This document shows positions 61,929 through 64,000 of a stretch of 64,000 nt of DNA, one piece after another. The DNA is from Bugula neritina (Eukaryota; Animalia; Bryozoa), in NCBI GenBank assembly GCA_964035545.1, contig OZ037767.1, positions 5,410,707 to 5,474,706 on the forward strand, given 5' to 3'. Made by a program: the position numbers and the translations under genes. Positions within the stretch are counted from its first letter, which is position 1. Each line of letters begins with the position of its first letter. The notes below the pieces were generated by a model that saw only the letters and a program-made list of their open reading frames with translations, ran no database searches and was not told the origin of the DNA.

Positions 61929-62029
61929 TCAAAAGCTAAACTCCTTTTTATTTTGGTTGTAACCTTCAACATAAGTTATATCTTGTGCCATCAGTTAACT
62001 GCTTTTGATACAATATATGGCGTTATATA
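61929..62029 (-). promoter_or_regulatory. Candidate TATA + Inr and non-coding exon 1 of membrane family member 3
   Basis: Minus strand TATATAA from 62029, GCAGTT with its A at 62000, donor GTAAGT at 61928. Would imply a 1.8-kb intron. Confidence 0.35.
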
Positions 62030-64000
62030 ATATAATATTACATAACGTGGGTTATATGATGTAATATAATATACTGTTATATAGTTTAATTTAATATAAT
62101 GCAGTATATAAGAAGGTTTGTTAAGTACGCAATAGCTCACATGTGCAAGATCTTTTTAAGCTTGTGTGATATTTTTGTCATATTCCACACAAAGAAATTA
62201 ACTATAATTATACAACCAGGGATGCCAAAAACGTTAGTCCACTAAGTCAACTCTACTGTAGTATCCTGGGTAACTATATTTTATGACCTAAATAAATATC
62301 ATGATTATGATATTATAGACATAACTCTGCAGATTATTGTATTAAAAGCACAGCTATTTACTTAGCAAAGCAAGGTTTGTACCGGAAAAAGTAAGGTTTA
62401 CATCATTTCAATCCATTTTTTAAAAGTGTACGGTATATTTGGTAGAATTGTCTCATTTTATAAGTGATCGTACAGAGCAGTGCTTGGTATTTGAGTTTTA
62501 CAACCTAACGCTATTTAAGCTCCGACACATACATACATATTATACAATGCTATCTATTTAGTAATAACCTTCATGCAGATAAAGTCTACAAGTTGCAATG
62601 AATATTAAATAAAACAAGCTTTAAATCAATTTTTTTGTAAATCAACATAATTGTCATACAGAGACTTTTTTCTGTTGGCTATAACGATTTATGGCCATTA
62701 CTCCAAAGTCACACCTTTGTGGACGTTTATTGCCCTGGTTACTAAAAGCAACAATCAACTAAATTGTAAACTACAGAAGCTTAGTATCAAACCCAGGCAG
62801 ATCCTTCATATGAATCAACAAGAAGATGTTTTTAAGGACTAGAGTGTAGTCTACACCTGCTATTGTTGACTAATCACAGTATTTTTATTGAACTTCCTGT
62901 TTGCCTTCAGAAGATAAACAGCTGACTGCACCAAAGTTAGTGCTGGACCAGTCTCCTATAAAAACTGAAGATACCTAAATTAAGTAGCCACTCAACTGTC
63001 AGTATTTCTGGTATTTCAGTTCTATTTTTTTATTTTACGTTATCAGTGTTTGTCAGCATAGACTTTGTACTTTTGGTACACCCAGTGACCACAAAAGGCT
63101 GTGTGTACTTTACAACTATGTGACATAGTACAAACAAGATGAAACGCTGATAATTTGCGTATCACTTATGAATACCAAAAACCTATATAGATTTTCACCA
63201 AATAAAAACACATACCAAAGTGCATGCATGCATCACTACCAAGATCAAACTAAGTACGTGCAACCATCACAAATGCATTACAGATTTTAAGTCTGAGAAT
63301 GAGCACAAACGCAATTTAAATATTGATGTGAATATCTCAATTTACAAAATTTAACCCTGAAAAGCTTAACTAGTTAAGCTTGTTTATGTTTTCACAATCT
63401 AAAATGCTAATTCAAAATAGTTTCAATAGCTATTCTTTCTGTTCAAAACCTATACAGTAACTATGCTAGATAATTTTACAGTCGACCTAAATTTAAAAAT
63501 AGAAATTATTGCTATAATTTAAATAGCATAAATTAGTTAAATACTATTGATGGTGAACACATACTTACAGTAACATTGGTAGTGAGTGAACACTCCGGTT
63601 AGAGGAAACAAGCTTTAGAAGAACCAGTAATCATATCCTAGATACTAAAGTGCATTTAGTAGCAAAATTACTTTCTACTTTTACTCCTCTCACACCAACA
63701 TATGGAATGTAAAATCTACCAGTACTTCCATATAATATCTAATTGTTTCGACATAAGAATCTATTGTTAATACTGTTGCTATTGGTTACCATTGGTATAA
63801 GTGATGTACCAACAGTTCATATATTTTATATATGGTAAAAATTTACATATATACACGCATTGCCAACTTATTTTCAATTATTACTTCATTAATAACCTGA
63901 TAATGCAATATGTTACAACGTAATGCGTAATGCACCATGAACATGAAAAGTATGGTACGGCTGGTTAAACAGCGGATTATGGAGATTAGGGTATTGTAAA

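Overview
AT-rich eukaryotic genomic DNA with GT-AG introns, microsatellites, SINEs and MITEs. It is most likely from an invertebrate animal, but the taxon cannot be fixed from sequence alone. I reconstructed seven protein-coding genes by hand from splice sites and reading-frame phase. (1) A tandem array of three + strand, six-coding-exon matrix metalloproteinase (M10A, matrixin) genes at 3.0-18.1 kb. All three have no hemopexin domain, lack the three His ligands of the structural zinc site, share an extra Cys pair in the catalytic domain and end in long polybasic tails. (2) A five-exon orphan single-pass membrane protein at 18.8-21.5 kb. Its intron 3 carries, antisense and between (TA)n runs, a ~250 bp element containing a complete type I hammerhead ribozyme (20322-20368, minus strand). 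(3) Three dispersed minus-strand paralogs (31.6, 48.5, 59.8 kb) of a small Ser/Thr-rich, signal-less single-pass membrane protein with a juxtamembrane Cys cluster. The rest is intergenic or intronic: two tRNA-derived SINE copies, a foldback MITE, a dispersed repeat family, an 80-bp palindrome and many microsatellites. Most ORFs in the supplied track are non-coding artefacts. No transcript or database evidence was available, so all gene models are predictions.
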